DNA of 63,916 nucleotides, filler included, from Candidatus Sysuiplasma jiujiangense (GTDB taxonomy: Archaea; Thermoplasmatota; Thermoplasmata; Sysuiplasmatales; Sysuiplasmataceae): the NCBI GenBank assembly GCA_019721075.1. It is 4 parts of 3 records of this genome, joined end to end, with 100 filler letters (N's around TTAATTAATTAA, not from the genome) between each part and the next. Parts side by side here need not be neighbours in the genome. Positions count along the whole stretch, not along the records: positions 29,966 to 56,913 come from JAHEAD010000002.1; positions 57,014 to 63,916 come from JAHEAD010000036.1; 2 more parts are not named here. The stretch is one strand, 5' to 3'. Below the pieces are notes generated by a model. The model did no database searches and was not told where the DNA came from. It saw only the letters and a list, made by a program, of their open reading frames with translations. The position numbers and the translations under genes are program-made. This document shows positions 49,059 to 59,655 of the stretch, one piece after another. Numbering within the stretch: position 1 is the first letter of the stretch; each line of letters starts with the position of its first letter.

Positions 49059-50084
49059 TCAGTCGAATTTCTCGCCGCAGTTGCTGCAAACCTCGGCATC
49101 GGGGGGGATTTCGGCACCGCAGGAGCTGCAGACCCACTTCTCCTTCTTGACCGTTTTTTCCGGAGATTTGTATGCTTTTGCTCCACTGTGCCGCCCCGCG
49201 ACGCCGGCTTTCGCCGCAACGCTCCTGTCAGCAGGCTGCGATTTGCTCTTCATTGCGAGAATAGCGTCCTTCCTTCTGTTGTTCTGCCTTATCAGCAGAA
49301 ACACAAAAACCAGTCCAAAATAGAAAATACCTACAAAAATAAATGTGCCGACGCTGTCCGAAATTATTATGCCTGAAGACATGAGTGCCAGGTATGTGGC
49401 TGCGGGTGATGCGGTGGATACTGTGGAAACGGACGTTTTGATCCATGACCCTGAATAATTTTCTTCGAAATAGTATATGTATACGTAATCCGGTGAAAGT
49501 GTTGTATTGTAAACGTACGCTGTGAGCACCTTGCCTCCGACTGATGGCGTATTTGACACCGGAACCATGCTGGAATTGAGATATACGCCCAGCCCCGAAA
49601 GTTTCAAAACAACCAGACGAATCTGATTTGAAGAAGAATTATTCACTGCAGACAGAACATGGGCATTGAATCTGAAAAGTGTATTGGAACCTCCCAGATA
49701 TGGCGTCACGTTTCCCCCCTGAAATGATGGGGCTGTTGATGAAATGGCACCGCTTTCCACTACACCGTGCGTTGAATAGATGACATTGGAGTAGCTGACA
49801 TCTGTCATCAGCGCCACAACGAGCAGAAAGAGAAGGCCCAGAGCGAGTATGTTGCGTATCCTCCTGTTGCCCATGTAGTAGGGAAGAGCGAACGCAACAA
49901 CAGGGATCAGCAGGTAAGTGAGTATGAAAAACGGAGCGATGAACAGCATTACCGCAGTGAACGCGATTGTCATTACAATCGAAAGCAGTATGCCGGACCT
50001 CTTTCCTTTCAGTTTGCTGAGTTCAGCGGCGAAGCTGCCATAGAGCCCCTTGTGGCCTTCGCCGGAATGCGGCACGTTTTCCAT
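49059..50084 (-). CDS. Membrane protein with extracellular domain and C-terminal zinc ribbon
   Basis: N-terminal TMs, an S/T/N/Y-rich loop, a further TM, then WVCSSCGAEIPPDAEVCSNCGEKF. Confidence 0.8.
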   Translation of the reverse strand: MENVPHSGEGHKGLYGSFAAELSKLKGKRSGILLSIVMTIAFTAVMLFIAPFFILTYLLIPVVAFALPYYMGNRRIRNILALGLLFLLVVALMTDVSYSNVIYSTHGVVESGAISSTAPSFQGGNVTPYLGGSNTLFRFNAHVLSAVNNSSSNQIRLVVLKLSGLGVYLNSSMVPVSNTPSVGGKVLTAYVYNTTLSPDYVYIYYFEENYSGSWIKTSVSTVSTASPAATYLALMSSGIIISDSVGTFIFVGIFYFGLVFVFLLIRQNNRRKDAILAMKSKSQPADRSVAAKAGVAGRHSGAKAYKSPEKTVKKEKWVCSSCGAEIPPDAEVCSNCGEKFD

Positions 50085-50498
50085 CAGACACTTCTCCGCT
50101 GCATTTCTTCACATATTAACACAATATAACTATTTACTGGCGGTGTTGTGATGCGTTCCGGTTTAACTGAAGGAGGCCCGTGCGGTCTGCAAAGATGCGC
50201 AGATTCGACGGTCTCAGGGAAACATCTGACCTACGGGGCACCTCTTCCCCAGACTGTTCGATGCTCTTCCACCCGCCGCAGTTTGTCTCTCTGCTGTTGT
50301 TCTGTTCCGGCACATGCTGCGGGCGAAATGTCCTGCGGCACGCGACTGCGACTATAGTGGTGCATGCCGGGCTGTCGGTCATCCTGCCGACTGTGCGGGT
50401 TCGACCGCGTGACAGCTCTCCAATCTGCGGGGCAAGGCAGCCGAAGAACGGATTTAAGTAGGTTCGCCGCAGTCGTAGGAGGGCGGGTCACAGATAAG

Positions 50499-51599
50499 AT
50501 GGCCAACGTAGAGGAGCAGATAAGGGAAGTCGAGGAGGAAATCAAGAATACCTCCTACAACAAAAAAAGCCAGCATCACATAGGCATACTCAAAGCAAAA
50601 TTGGCCAGACTGAGAATGGACTCTGAAAAAAGGAAATCTGCCGGCGGCTCATCTGAAGGCTACGCAGTGAGGAAGAGTGGAAGCGCCACAGTCGCGCTGG
50701 TCGGCTTTCCCTCCGTAGGGAAGTCCACGGTGCTCAACAGAATTACCAATGCGCAGAGCGAGGTTGCTGACTATGCATTCACGACGCTGACTGTCATTCC
50801 AGGTCTGCTTGAATACAAAGGAGCAAAGATCCAGGTACTTGACCTTCCAGGACTGATCAAGGATGCGTCCAAGGGCAAGGGAAGGGGGAGGGAGGTTATT
50901 TCCGTTGTCAGAACGGCCGATCTCATTATTCTCATGGTAGATGTATTTGAAAACAACTTGTCCGTACTGCTCGATGAACTTTATGCGAGCGGCATCAGGG
51001 TCAACACGTCCAGGCCGAACATTTCCATAAGCAGGAGGAGCAGGGGCGGGGTGACGGCCAGCTTCACCGTCAGAAATACCCATCTGACGGAGAGGGACGT
51101 TAAATCGATTCTCGGTGAATTCCAGATTTATAATGCAGATGTCGTCATCAGGGAGGATGCGGATGACGACAGGCTCATTGATGCACTGACCGACAACAGG
51201 ACATATGTCAGGGCGTTCGTCTGCATCAACAAAGTGGATCTCGCAGGCGAGAAGTTTGTGGGAGAACTCATCGGCAGATTTTCTGAATTCGATCCGATAG
51301 CAATCTCAGCTGAAAAGGAGATCGGTTTAGAAGACCTGAAAGCCAGAATATACAACAAGCTGCGTTTCATAAGAGTGTACCTGAAGCCGCCGGGAAGGGA
51401 GGCGGATATGAAGGAACCGCTCCTGATAAAGGGGGGCAGCACCATCGGTGAGGTATGCGACTCCCTTCACCGGGATCTCAGAAAAAAATTCAGATATGCG
51501 CTGGTATGGGGACCAAGCTCCAGATTTCCGGGTCAGACTGTTGGACTCGACCATGATCTGGAGGACGGAGACATACTGACGATAATCGCCCGCAGGTAG
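50499..51599 (+). CDS. DRG/OBG-family GTPase with TGS domain
   Basis: GFPSVGKST, YAFTTL, DLPGLI, GKGRG, NKVD and a C-terminal TGS domain. Confidence 0.95.
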   Translation: MANVEEQIREVEEEIKNTSYNKKSQHHIGILKAKLARLRMDSEKRKSAGGSSEGYAVRKSGSATVALVGFPSVGKSTVLNRITNAQSEVADYAFTTLTVIPGLLEYKGAKIQVLDLPGLIKDASKGKGRGREVISVVRTADLIILMVDVFENNLSVLLDELYASGIRVNTSRPNISISRRSRGGVTASFTVRNTHLTERDVKSILGEFQIYNADVVIREDADDDRLIDALTDNRTYVRAFVCINKVDLAGEKFVGELIGRFSEFDPIAISAEKEIGLEDLKARIYNKLRFIRVYLKPPGREADMKEPLLIKGGSTIGEVCDSLHRDLRKKFRYALVWGPSSRFPGQTVGLDHDLEDGDILTIIARR

Positions 51600-51606
51600 C
51601 CGGGGC

Positions 51607-52869
51607 CTAAAACGACAGCGCCGCAACCGTGAGAAGAAGTGAAACGAGTGTTATCGGAATACCGTACTTTGCAAATTCTGAAAGCGAGATATGAATTCCC
51701 TGCTTCGACGCCGCCCTTGCCACAATCACGTTGGCCGCCGCCCCGATAATCGTTGCGTTTCCGGCAAATGTCGAGCTGAGAGCCAGCGTCAGCCACATCC
51801 TGGTCGTCGGTGCGATGTTCTGAACGACCGGAGCAAGAAGCAGAACGGCGGGAACATTGCTCGTCAGGTTTGAAAGTATCGCCGTGAGCACTGTCATCCC
51901 GGCAACTGTGCCCGCGGAGCCACCGGATGCATTCTGGAAATACCCAACTATCGTTGACAGCAGGCCGGACGACTGGACGCCGGAAATCAGTATGAACAAT
52001 CCAATGAAGAAGAGTATGATGCCCCAGTCAACCTTCTGCAGTATCTGCTGGTTCGTGGCATCAGACATGAAGGGTACTGCAACAAGTGAGACTATTCCGC
52101 CAATCAGCGCAGTCATTGCAATGGGAAAGTGCGTAAATGATGATGCGTAGAATCCAGCGAACACAGCCGAGACTAACAGAAGCATAAATTCGATTGGTCC
52201 CTTGCGGATGACAATTTCACCTTCAGTCCTGTCTTTCGCTGAAAAATCCGAATTGCTGAAGTGAACCTTTCCGATGAAAAGTGCGATAATGATCGCGGCA
52301 ACAAGAGAAAGAACGGTTGGAGGAAGAGCAAGGATCGTAAAGGTGTGAAACGGCACGGTCGAAACGCTTGCTATGTACGCATTCTGCGGATTGCCAACTT
52401 CCGTAGCGGCACTGCCTATATTTGCACTCATCGCCTCCATTATAAGGTAAGGCACGGGGTTCACGCCCATCCTTCTGGCAGTGAGTATGACGACAGGGCT
52501 GAATATTAAAACGACAGCATCATTCAGTATCAGTGCGGATAGGAGCGCAGTCACGGCGCAGACGACGACAAGCAGTTTCGCGGGACTCCTCGACCTGGAG
52601 ACAATGGAGGCAACCCAGACGAAGAATCCTGTGGCATCCATTGCCGCAGCAATGAGCATCATTCCAAGTATGAGAATTATGGTGTTCCAGTTGATGCCGG
52701 CCAGCGCGGCGGAAGGTCTGACAATGCCGAAAATGAGCATAAGCGCACCACCGATCAGCGCGGCAGCAGGGAGTTCTACCCGGCTTTTCCCCCTGCGGTT
52801 GAACGATATCAGCGCATATGTGAAGATGAAAACGCCGAGCGCAATAGTTTCCGGAATCCCGCCTGACAT
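51607..52869 (-). CDS. ArsB/NhaD (IT superfamily) anion permease
   Basis: LNDAVV, NIGSAATEVGNPQN, SNLTSNVPAV and STFAGNATIIGAAANVIV. Confidence 0.88.
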   Translation of the reverse strand: MSGGIPETIALGVFIFTYALISFNRRGKSRVELPAAALIGGALMLIFGIVRPSAALAGINWNTIILILGMMLIAAAMDATGFFVWVASIVSRSRSPAKLLVVVCAVTALLSALILNDAVVLIFSPVVILTARRMGVNPVPYLIMEAMSANIGSAATEVGNPQNAYIASVSTVPFHTFTILALPPTVLSLVAAIIIALFIGKVHFSNSDFSAKDRTEGEIVIRKGPIEFMLLLVSAVFAGFYASSFTHFPIAMTALIGGIVSLVAVPFMSDATNQQILQKVDWGIILFFIGLFILISGVQSSGLLSTIVGYFQNASGGSAGTVAGMTVLTAILSNLTSNVPAVLLLAPVVQNIAPTTRMWLTLALSSTFAGNATIIGAAANVIVARAASKQGIHISLSEFAKYGIPITLVSLLLTVAALSF

Positions 52870-53015
52870 TAACGGCCTGCATCGGTATACCTGCTAAATA
52901 AGATTCCATGCCCCGGGCAGCATTTTGACTGATGCCCTGTCCAGTCGATTATGGCGATGGGGTTGCACGACCGACAGCGCTTCATTTAAATATGACCGAA
53001 CGGTGATTAAACCGC

Positions 53016-54275
53016 ATGATCCAGCGTCTCAGGGGAACCAGAGATTTTACGCCTGAGGAGATGACAAAGAGAAGGACTCTGGAGGCTCTCCTCAGAAAAA
53101 TTTCAGCGGAATACGGTTTCAGGGAGATACAGACGCCTGTTATGGAAAGCTCTGAACTTTTCGTGCTGAAGTCAGGGCCGGGTATATTGGAAGAGATGTA
53201 CTCATTCGAGGACAAAGGCGGAAGGCAGATATCCCTGAGGCCTGAGCTGACCGCGCCGATTATCAGATTTTTTGTCAACGAACTGTCCAACTACCCTCTG
53301 CCGCTCAAGATATTCTGTATTTCGGATGTCTTCAGGTATGAGGAACCGCAGAGCGGAAGATACAGGGAATTTGCTCAGTACGACGTGGAAACAATCGGAT
53401 CTGATACGCCGGAAGCGGATGCAGAACTCCTCATCCTGGCGAATGATCTGTGCACCAGACTTGGTCTCAAAAACATAAAGATCAGGATAGGACATGTCGG
53501 AATTATAAGGGAAAAACTCGATCTTGCAGGGGTTCCGAAGGAAAGGCAGGCGGATTTTCTCCGGCTTATTGACAAGAAGAAAAAGGAAGAGGCATTGAAG
53601 CTGCTTCTGACCCTCGGAACAGATGCCTCAAAATCCAGGGAGCTGATCGAATTGTGTGAAACCACGGGAAACGGCGAAATACTCGGAAAGCTGGGCGGCA
53701 TGAATGCCGAATATCTGCGAAAGGTGATCTCATTCCTGGAGGCAACAGGCACCGTTTCCTACGAGATAGATTTGGGCGTCGTAAGGGGCCTCGACTACTA
53801 CACGGGAATCGTGTTCGAGATTGACGCCAATGATCTTGGGGCCGAAAAGCAGATCTGCGGCGGCGGTTCCTATGAACTGTCACGCCTCTTTGGCGGGAAT
53901 GCAGTTCCCTCGACGGGGTTCGCGTTTGGTTTCGACAGACTTATCCTTGCAAGAGAAAAGGCCGGCTGGAAATATGACCTGGATTCTGTGGACTGTTTTG
54001 TGCTTGCTGTTTCCAGCGTAGAGAAGATCGAGATGCTGAAAATTGCAACGGCGCTCAGGAAAAAAGGCATCAGCACGGAGATGGATTTGATGGGTAGAAA
54101 CATCAGCAAGGGCCTGAAATATGCTTCTTCAAGACATGCGAGATTTACAGTCATGGTTGGAAACAAGGAATTAACGTCCGGGAAACTGACAGTGCGTGAC
54201 ATGGAGACGGGAAAACAGGAAGAAGTCCCTGCAGAGTCAGTTGCGGAGTACCTGTTGAACAGGACACGGGCCTAG
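53016..54275 (+). CDS. hisS: Histidine--tRNA ligase
   Basis: RGTRDF, LRPELT, RYEEPQSGRYREF, VRGLDYYTG and GFAFGFDR. Confidence 0.97.
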   Translation: MIQRLRGTRDFTPEEMTKRRTLEALLRKISAEYGFREIQTPVMESSELFVLKSGPGILEEMYSFEDKGGRQISLRPELTAPIIRFFVNELSNYPLPLKIFCISDVFRYEEPQSGRYREFAQYDVETIGSDTPEADAELLILANDLCTRLGLKNIKIRIGHVGIIREKLDLAGVPKERQADFLRLIDKKKKEEALKLLLTLGTDASKSRELIELCETTGNGEILGKLGGMNAEYLRKVISFLEATGTVSYEIDLGVVRGLDYYTGIVFEIDANDLGAEKQICGGGSYELSRLFGGNAVPSTGFAFGFDRLILAREKAGWKYDLDSVDCFVLAVSSVEKIEMLKIATALRKKGISTEMDLMGRNISKGLKYASSRHARFTVMVGNKELTSGKLTVRDMETGKQEEVPAESVAEYLLNRTRA

Positions 54276-54282
54276 GCGCGCG

Positions 54283-55158
54283 TCAGCTCCTGAAGCTCGT
54301 TTTTCCTACTTTGCGGAGAAACTCAGTCCCCTTCTCAAGGAGTATTGAATTGAACAGCGAGCGTGCCTCGCTGCCTGCTCCTGAAGGCAGTTTGATGCCT
54401 GCGACACCTTGAAGCTGGAGAAGCTTCCTGGTAAAGGCAGCCGACGCAACAATGGATGCTGCAGCTACGGCAATTTCCCTTTCTCCGTGCGCAAGAGGGA
54501 TAATTTCAATTCCACCGGCGGACGATTGCAATTCGCCTGCCCTCGACTCCGGAAAGAACCTGTCCACCACAGCAGTTCTGCATTTGTTCTTCCCTGAAAG
54601 ATTCAGTATTACCTTACTGTGCGCCCATATGAGGACATCGTTCATGTTCTGCATTCTGTCATACATTCTGTTGAATGTTTCAGGCGAAATCGATACGACT
54701 TCTACTCTATTCCGTGGAATCAGTGTTTCTATCACCTTTGCCATTTTCTCTATTTCTGAATTTGCGAGTCTTTTTGAGTCGGTCACGCCGGATCTGAACA
54801 GCATTGCGGCCATTTCTGCGTCCACGCAGACACCCGCGACAACCAGCGGACCGAAATAATCCCCCTTTCCCGCCTCATCGGTGCCGATCCAGCTGTCCCG
54901 GAGCCTGAGACCCAGAGAAGCATCCGCGTACGCGGTGTAATCAAACCTGAAGTTTTCAAAATAATGCTTCAGTGTTTTGGAATACTGATCCGGACCGAGC
55001 TCACATATCACCGTGCCCGTCGAATAAACGGAGACAGTGATTCCTTCTCTCCTTAGCACCGTCACGTAGGGTTGCCGCGACACGGCGAAACCGAGACCTG
55101 TGATGAACCCAACCGCTTCCAAGACACCGGACTCTGGAATTCTGTAACGAAAACGCAC
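54283..55158 (-). CDS. rnhC: Ribonuclease HIII
   Basis: IGTDEAGKGDYFGPLVV, DSKRL, VDRF, HGE...VAAASI and LPSGAG; N-terminal domain with VSVYSTGTV. Confidence 0.85.
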   Translation of the reverse strand: MRFRYRIPESGVLEAVGFITGLGFAVSRQPYVTVLRREGITVSVYSTGTVICELGPDQYSKTLKHYFENFRFDYTAYADASLGLRLRDSWIGTDEAGKGDYFGPLVVAGVCVDAEMAAMLFRSGVTDSKRLANSEIEKMAKVIETLIPRNRVEVVSISPETFNRMYDRMQNMNDVLIWAHSKVILNLSGKNKCRTAVVDRFFPESRAGELQSSAGGIEIIPLAHGEREIAVAAASIVASAAFTRKLLQLQGVAGIKLPSGAGSEARSLFNSILLEKGTEFLRKVGKTSFRS

Positions 55159-55274
55159 ATTAGCTGATGGGCATCAATGATTAAGAAATTTGCATAAGTC
55201 CATTCGCCCCAACTCCGTTTAAGATGGTGGGGCTGTCCGTCAAACAGTGGATATGCGGAGACCGGCAGAGGGCA

Positions 55275-56192
55275 TCAGCTGCCACTGTCTGCAGTCTCGC
55301 TGCTCCTGCCTTCGCTGAAGGAAAGGGTGCACAGGGAAGCCCCGAAAACAGCAAGAAACACAAGTAACACCGACGAGAAGGTGAGTGGTATCGAGATGAA
55401 CGCAGCGCTCAGCAGCAGCGTGAACACAGGTATCATAGACATCAGAATGGAGGAGAGAGTGAATCCGGAAATTTTGGAAGCGGCAAAGAACAGAAAGTAG
55501 CCGCCGAACATTGATGTCACCCCGATTACAACGAGAACGAGGAGTTCGATGGGGTCAGGGATGCCGATGTAAAAAACTGGATAAAGAAACAGGAAGACCG
55601 GAAGAGAAATAAGCGATGCAACAAGAAAAGTGGGAGCGAGTATGCGTGCCATCCCATCAATCATTATTCTGCCGTTCAGGTATACATAGAAAAGGGATAT
55701 CAGAATCGGATCCGCTACAATCAGCACCAGGCCCGCTAGTGAATGGACTGCAAATCTTCCTCCATAAGCAGAAAGCACGAACGCCGAAATAACAAGAACC
55801 AGCAGACCTGGTATAAAAAGGGAGAATCTGGGTATGAACCTGTTTCTGCCCAGTGCGAAAATGATAAGAGGCGACAGTATGGCATCGCCGACAAGGACAA
55901 ATGTGGAAGTCAGGACCCCGCCGTTGATCCTGGCTGAAAATATAATTACGATTTGAGAAAAGAGATATCCCAATGCCGGGATCAGCAAGTCTGCCCTTCT
56001 TCCTGGCAGACTGATATTTCCCTCAGACATAAAACCGTACAGCACAAAGAGAAAACCGCCTACAAGAGACGGATATATGAAAACGGTAAACGCGTCAGCG
56101 CCGCCGATCATATGAAGAAAAATATAGTATGTTGACCAGAAAAATGCCGCCATGACCGCAAGCGACGATCCTGCGAATATTCTGGCATTCAT
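55275..56192 (-). CDS. DMT/EamA-family transporter
   Basis: About 10 TM segments in two repeats; AAFFWS and MIPVFTLLLS. Confidence 0.75.
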   Translation of the reverse strand: MNARIFAGSSLAVMAAFFWSTYYIFLHMIGGADAFTVFIYPSLVGGFLFVLYGFMSEGNISLPGRRADLLIPALGYLFSQIVIIFSARINGGVLTSTFVLVGDAILSPLIIFALGRNRFIPRFSLFIPGLLVLVISAFVLSAYGGRFAVHSLAGLVLIVADPILISLFYVYLNGRIMIDGMARILAPTFLVASLISLPVFLFLYPVFYIGIPDPIELLVLVVIGVTSMFGGYFLFFAASKISGFTLSSILMSMIPVFTLLLSAAFISIPLTFSSVLLVFLAVFGASLCTLSFSEGRSSETADSGS

Positions 56193-56334
56193 CCGACCTG
56201 CCTTTATCATTCTGATTTAAATCCTTTGTGTTATTCCGAAGGACTGTGCAATGGATGGAAAATTACGGAATCCGCGGATGCCACAGCCTCGGCCATGTCC
56301 CGCATGAACGACACTGTTCAGGCAGACAGCAGAG

Positions 56335-56913
56335 TCACAAATCGCGGGGTGAAATTTCCTGCGTTCGAAGCATGTCAGTATTGTCCTCCCTTTTCCTGAT
56401 GAGCCTCGCCCTGCCGTTCGAAATCATTACCTCAGAGGGGAGCGGCCTGCCGTTATACCTGCTCGCCATTGAAAATCCGTACGCTCCGGCATTCATTATT
56501 GCGAGAACATCCCCTGCTTCCACATGGCAGATTTTCCTGTCCTTTGCCATCACATCCGTATTTTCACATATCTGGCCTGTTATGTTCACCCTTTCAGTCA
56601 GGGGAGAATCCATTTTATTGGCGACAAGTATCTCATGATAGGCGCCGTACAACGCTGGTCTGAGCAGCACGTTCATTCCGCCGTCGCAGCCGATAAAGGT
56701 TCTCCCCGAGTGTTTGACGTATGTAACTGTGGAAAGGAGAACAGTGGAATCGGCTACCAGATATCTTCCCGGCTCAATAATCAGCGTCGGATTGCCGAGG
56801 CCCCTGCAGGATGAAAGTGCCCTGTCGAATACATCGACGACACCACGCGCAACCTTCTTTATGTCGAGTTCATTTTCCCCCGGTTCATAAGGAACACCCA
56901 GGCCACCTCCTAT
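56335..56913 (-). CDS. lysA: Diaminopimelate decarboxylase, C-terminal part (truncated)
   Basis: Frame open to the contig end: IGGGLGVPY, EPGRYLV, RPALYGAYH, GQICENTD and AGAYGFSMASRYNGRP. Confidence 0.93.
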   Translation of the reverse strand: MGGGLGVPYEPGENELDIKKVARGVVDVFDRALSSCRGLGNPTLIIEPGRYLVADSTVLLSTVTYVKHSGRTFIGCDGGMNVLLRPALYGAYHEILVANKMDSPLTERVNITGQICENTDVMAKDRKICHVEAGDVLAIMNAGAYGFSMASRYNGRPLPSEVMISNGRARLIRKREDNTDMLRTQEISPRDL

Positions 56914-57013
56914 NNNNNNNNNNNNNNNNNNNNNNNNNNNNNNNNNNNNNNNNNNNNTTAATTAATTAANNNNNNNNNNNNNNNNNNNNNNNNNNNNNNN
57001 NNNNNNNNNNNNN
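56914..57013. other. Artificial contig linker
   Basis: 100-bp N-TTAATTAATTAA-N spacer. Confidence 0.98.
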
Positions 57014-57381
57014 CCGGCGGGCGTTCAGCAATTCTCGCGCATGCCTCATCCACGATATCCCTGATGGAATTGAGCATGTCCGCGAGTTCGTTGATCTGTG
57101 CCTCGTCATATGAGGCCCAGTCCACAGACTTCTTCGGTCTTGCTTCATATGTGAATGTGCCGTTCCTGACCGAGGATGCTACCTCCCTCAGTTCCTTCGA
57201 CCGGAGGTGTCTCCCTTTCCTGGTGCTGTCTTCACTCAATGAACGGGTAATGCACAAAGGCCTTTTTCTGCTTTGCGAACGATTCATTCACAAACGTTAA
57301 ATTTTCGAGTGCATACGTGTGCCCATAGCAGCCGGTGTGACGGCCTGTTTCCGGGCTTCGGAGGAATTTTGTCCCAAAGCC
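57014..57381 (-). mobile_element. Diverged second copy of the IS left end with transposase start (ORF 57014-57239)
   Basis: Aligns to 30398-30768; the first 99 bp are identical, then substitutions and a one-codon indel follow; terminus GGCTTTGGGACAAAA on the minus strand. Confidence 0.82.
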
Positions 57382-57580
57382 TAGTGGTCTGACTTGCGCC
57401 TTATTGTCCTCTGGCAATTCGGCAGCGGCATTTGTTTATTCTCCGGCGGTATCCGGACGATAAATCGGAGCAGTGCGGACTGCTGTTTGCCGATTCTGTG
57501 AGTCCGCACATAAAATTCTGTCCCCTTCAATCAGGTAAAATGTTTAACCACTGCCATAAGACTCCCGCCTCCGGAACGTG

Positions 57581-58900
57581 TCAGCAGGGTGAGGCAACAG
57601 CGTCACTGTTCCAAAGCCTGTCCCTGTCCTTCCTGGGATGGAATCGCTCCAGCAGTCCGCGGCCCGCGAGCTGCCCTACCAGATATGCCGAATATGCCGG
57701 TGCTCCCGTCGCCCCGGGTGAATTGTAGTTCAGTATGTGCAGCGATTCTCCGCCTTCTAACACGACTGCCTCGGGAACGAAACCGTTTCTGTCAATCAGG
57801 TTGCTCCTTATGCCTCCAAATCCTCTGTCTCCGAGCATGCCGGGTTCAAGAAGCGGAATGAATTTCCTCACCCGTTCGCACATGGCATCCTTTGAAAGTG
57901 AGCTCCTCCATTCCGATCTTGCAAGTGAAACGAATTCCCTGCTGATCGCAAGTTTTGCCTTCGGGAGGAGCGGTCTCTCGAACGCCTTTGAAATCAGCTG
58001 CCTGAATCCTGCGGTCATGCCTGCGTACTGATAGGGTCCGGCAACCATTGCGGCGTTGGGGCCGATTTCTCTTCCTCCGTCATGCCGTATGACAAAATGC
58101 GGATCAAGGAATGGAAATTCCGAATGTTCGGGCACAGCGTATATGTTATGCCTTACTGACGGCAGCCGTCCCGGAAGAACCTTCCAGTAATCTCCCCTGA
58201 AGTGAAGATCCGTGTATTGCATCCCCGCCCCCATCCAGTGCGCAATGTCCACCGCATTTCCGCCGGCTGCATTGATGAGCAGATCTGATGTGATAATCGC
58301 ATCACCGCCATCCCTCCTGAGCGAAAGAATGGTTTTGCCTTCACTGCTGTGAACACCGGTCAATCTGCTGTTCAGCAGGAGGCGGAGTCCGTTTCCTTCG
58401 CTTATTGACTTCACCGCCGCTGTGAAGGCACCGTAGTCGACAGCAGTATCAGTGATGCACAGAAGCGCTGCCTCGCACTTCACATCCGGTTCGATGGCGC
58501 CCGCACCATTTCTGTCAAGAAGAAGAAGTTCCCCCTCCTTCATTCCATTTGCCATGCCCCATTTCATGTAGCGTTCGAGTCCCGGTACGCCCTCGCTTCC
58601 AGGGCTGACCTCGAGCGTTCCATGCTGCCTCCAGGGCAGGGAGGCGATTTCAGACAGCCGCTTCCACATTCCGTAGGATTTCTGTGCAGAAAGGGCAAAG
58701 ATCCTCTTCCTTGCAGGGTCGAGATAGAATGGCCTGTGGACAACACCGGTGTTGCGTGAAGATGCGTGAACCGCAACATTTGCCTCCATTTCCACCAGCG
58801 CAACGCTGCACTCAAAAAGCGATGTCAGCCAGTAGGCAATGCATGTTCCAAGGACACCTCCGCCTACGACAGCGACATCGAAATGCCTCTCACCCTGCAC
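57581..58900 (-). CDS. FAD-dependent oxidoreductase, L-2-hydroxyglutarate oxidase (LhgO)-like
   Basis: VVGGGVLG, HASSRNTGVVH, FRGDYW, FPFLDPHF, IGPNA and NSPGATG. Confidence 0.85.
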   Translation of the reverse strand: MQGERHFDVAVVGGGVLGTCIAYWLTSLFECSVALVEMEANVAVHASSRNTGVVHRPFYLDPARKRIFALSAQKSYGMWKRLSEIASLPWRQHGTLEVSPGSEGVPGLERYMKWGMANGMKEGELLLLDRNGAGAIEPDVKCEAALLCITDTAVDYGAFTAAVKSISEGNGLRLLLNSRLTGVHSSEGKTILSLRRDGGDAIITSDLLINAAGGNAVDIAHWMGAGMQYTDLHFRGDYWKVLPGRLPSVRHNIYAVPEHSEFPFLDPHFVIRHDGGREIGPNAAMVAGPYQYAGMTAGFRQLISKAFERPLLPKAKLAISREFVSLARSEWRSSLSKDAMCERVRKFIPLLEPGMLGDRGFGGIRSNLIDRNGFVPEAVVLEGGESLHILNYNSPGATGAPAYSAYLVGQLAGRGLLERFHPRKDRDRLWNSDAVASPC

Positions 58901-58947
58901 GATAGGCGAATTGTCCCTCCAATATAGATTGATTGCCGGGGCGTGTT

Positions 58948-59655
58948 TCAGATCGCAAAATAGGCATTTCTCACTGAATCGTTCTCTTCGGCTTCCTCCT
59001 TCGTTCCCGAAAATACTATCCTGCCATGATCGAGGACGAGCAACCTGTCGGCAAGTCCGGCAAATTCGATATTCTGTTCCGAAACAAGCATCGGTAACCC
59101 CTCCTTCTTCAGGGTGGAAAGCACTTCAATGATCTTTTCGGTGAACAGCGGAGAGAGACCGCTTGACGGCTCGTCCATTACAAGCAGTTTCGGTTCCGCA
59201 ATGATTGCCCTTGCAACCATCAGCATCTTCCTCTGACCGCCGCTCAACGCCGAAGCCCTCTGCCTGTCGAATGCCAGGAGATCCGGAAACAGTCCGTGCA
59301 CCCTTTCGATCTTCTCGCCGAATCTGCTGCCGCTTCTCAGCGAACTCATCAGCAGGTTTTCCCTTACTGTCATGGACGGATAGATGCTGCTGTCCGATAC
59401 GTACGACAGGCCGAGTCTGGCCCTCCTGTAGACGGGAAGCTTCGTCACATCCTCCCCATCGAACATAACCGATCCTGAAAAAAGGGGGAGCATCCCTGCA
59501 ACGGCCTTCAGCAGCGTTGTTTTCCCTGACCCGTTTGAGCCCAGAATGACAACTGTTTCCCCGGCCCCTACGCTCAATGTGCAGTCCCAGGTGACCTGTA
59601 TTGCACCATAGCCGGAGGAGACACCTCTAATTTCCAACAGTTCTTGATGCTCCAA
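58948..59655 (-). CDS. livF: Branched-chain amino acid-type ABC ATPase (LivF-like)
   Basis: GSNGSGKTT, LSGGQ, DEPSSGLSP and SEQN. Confidence 0.9.
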   Translation of the reverse strand: MEHQELLEIRGVSSGYGAIQVTWDCTLSVGAGETVVILGSNGSGKTTLLKAVAGMLPLFSGSVMFDGEDVTKLPVYRRARLGLSYVSDSSIYPSMTVRENLLMSSLRSGSRFGEKIERVHGLFPDLLAFDRQRASALSGGQRKMLMVARAIIAEPKLLVMDEPSSGLSPLFTEKIIEVLSTLKKEGLPMLVSEQNIEFAGLADRLLVLDHGRIVFSGTKEEAEENDSVRNAYFAI

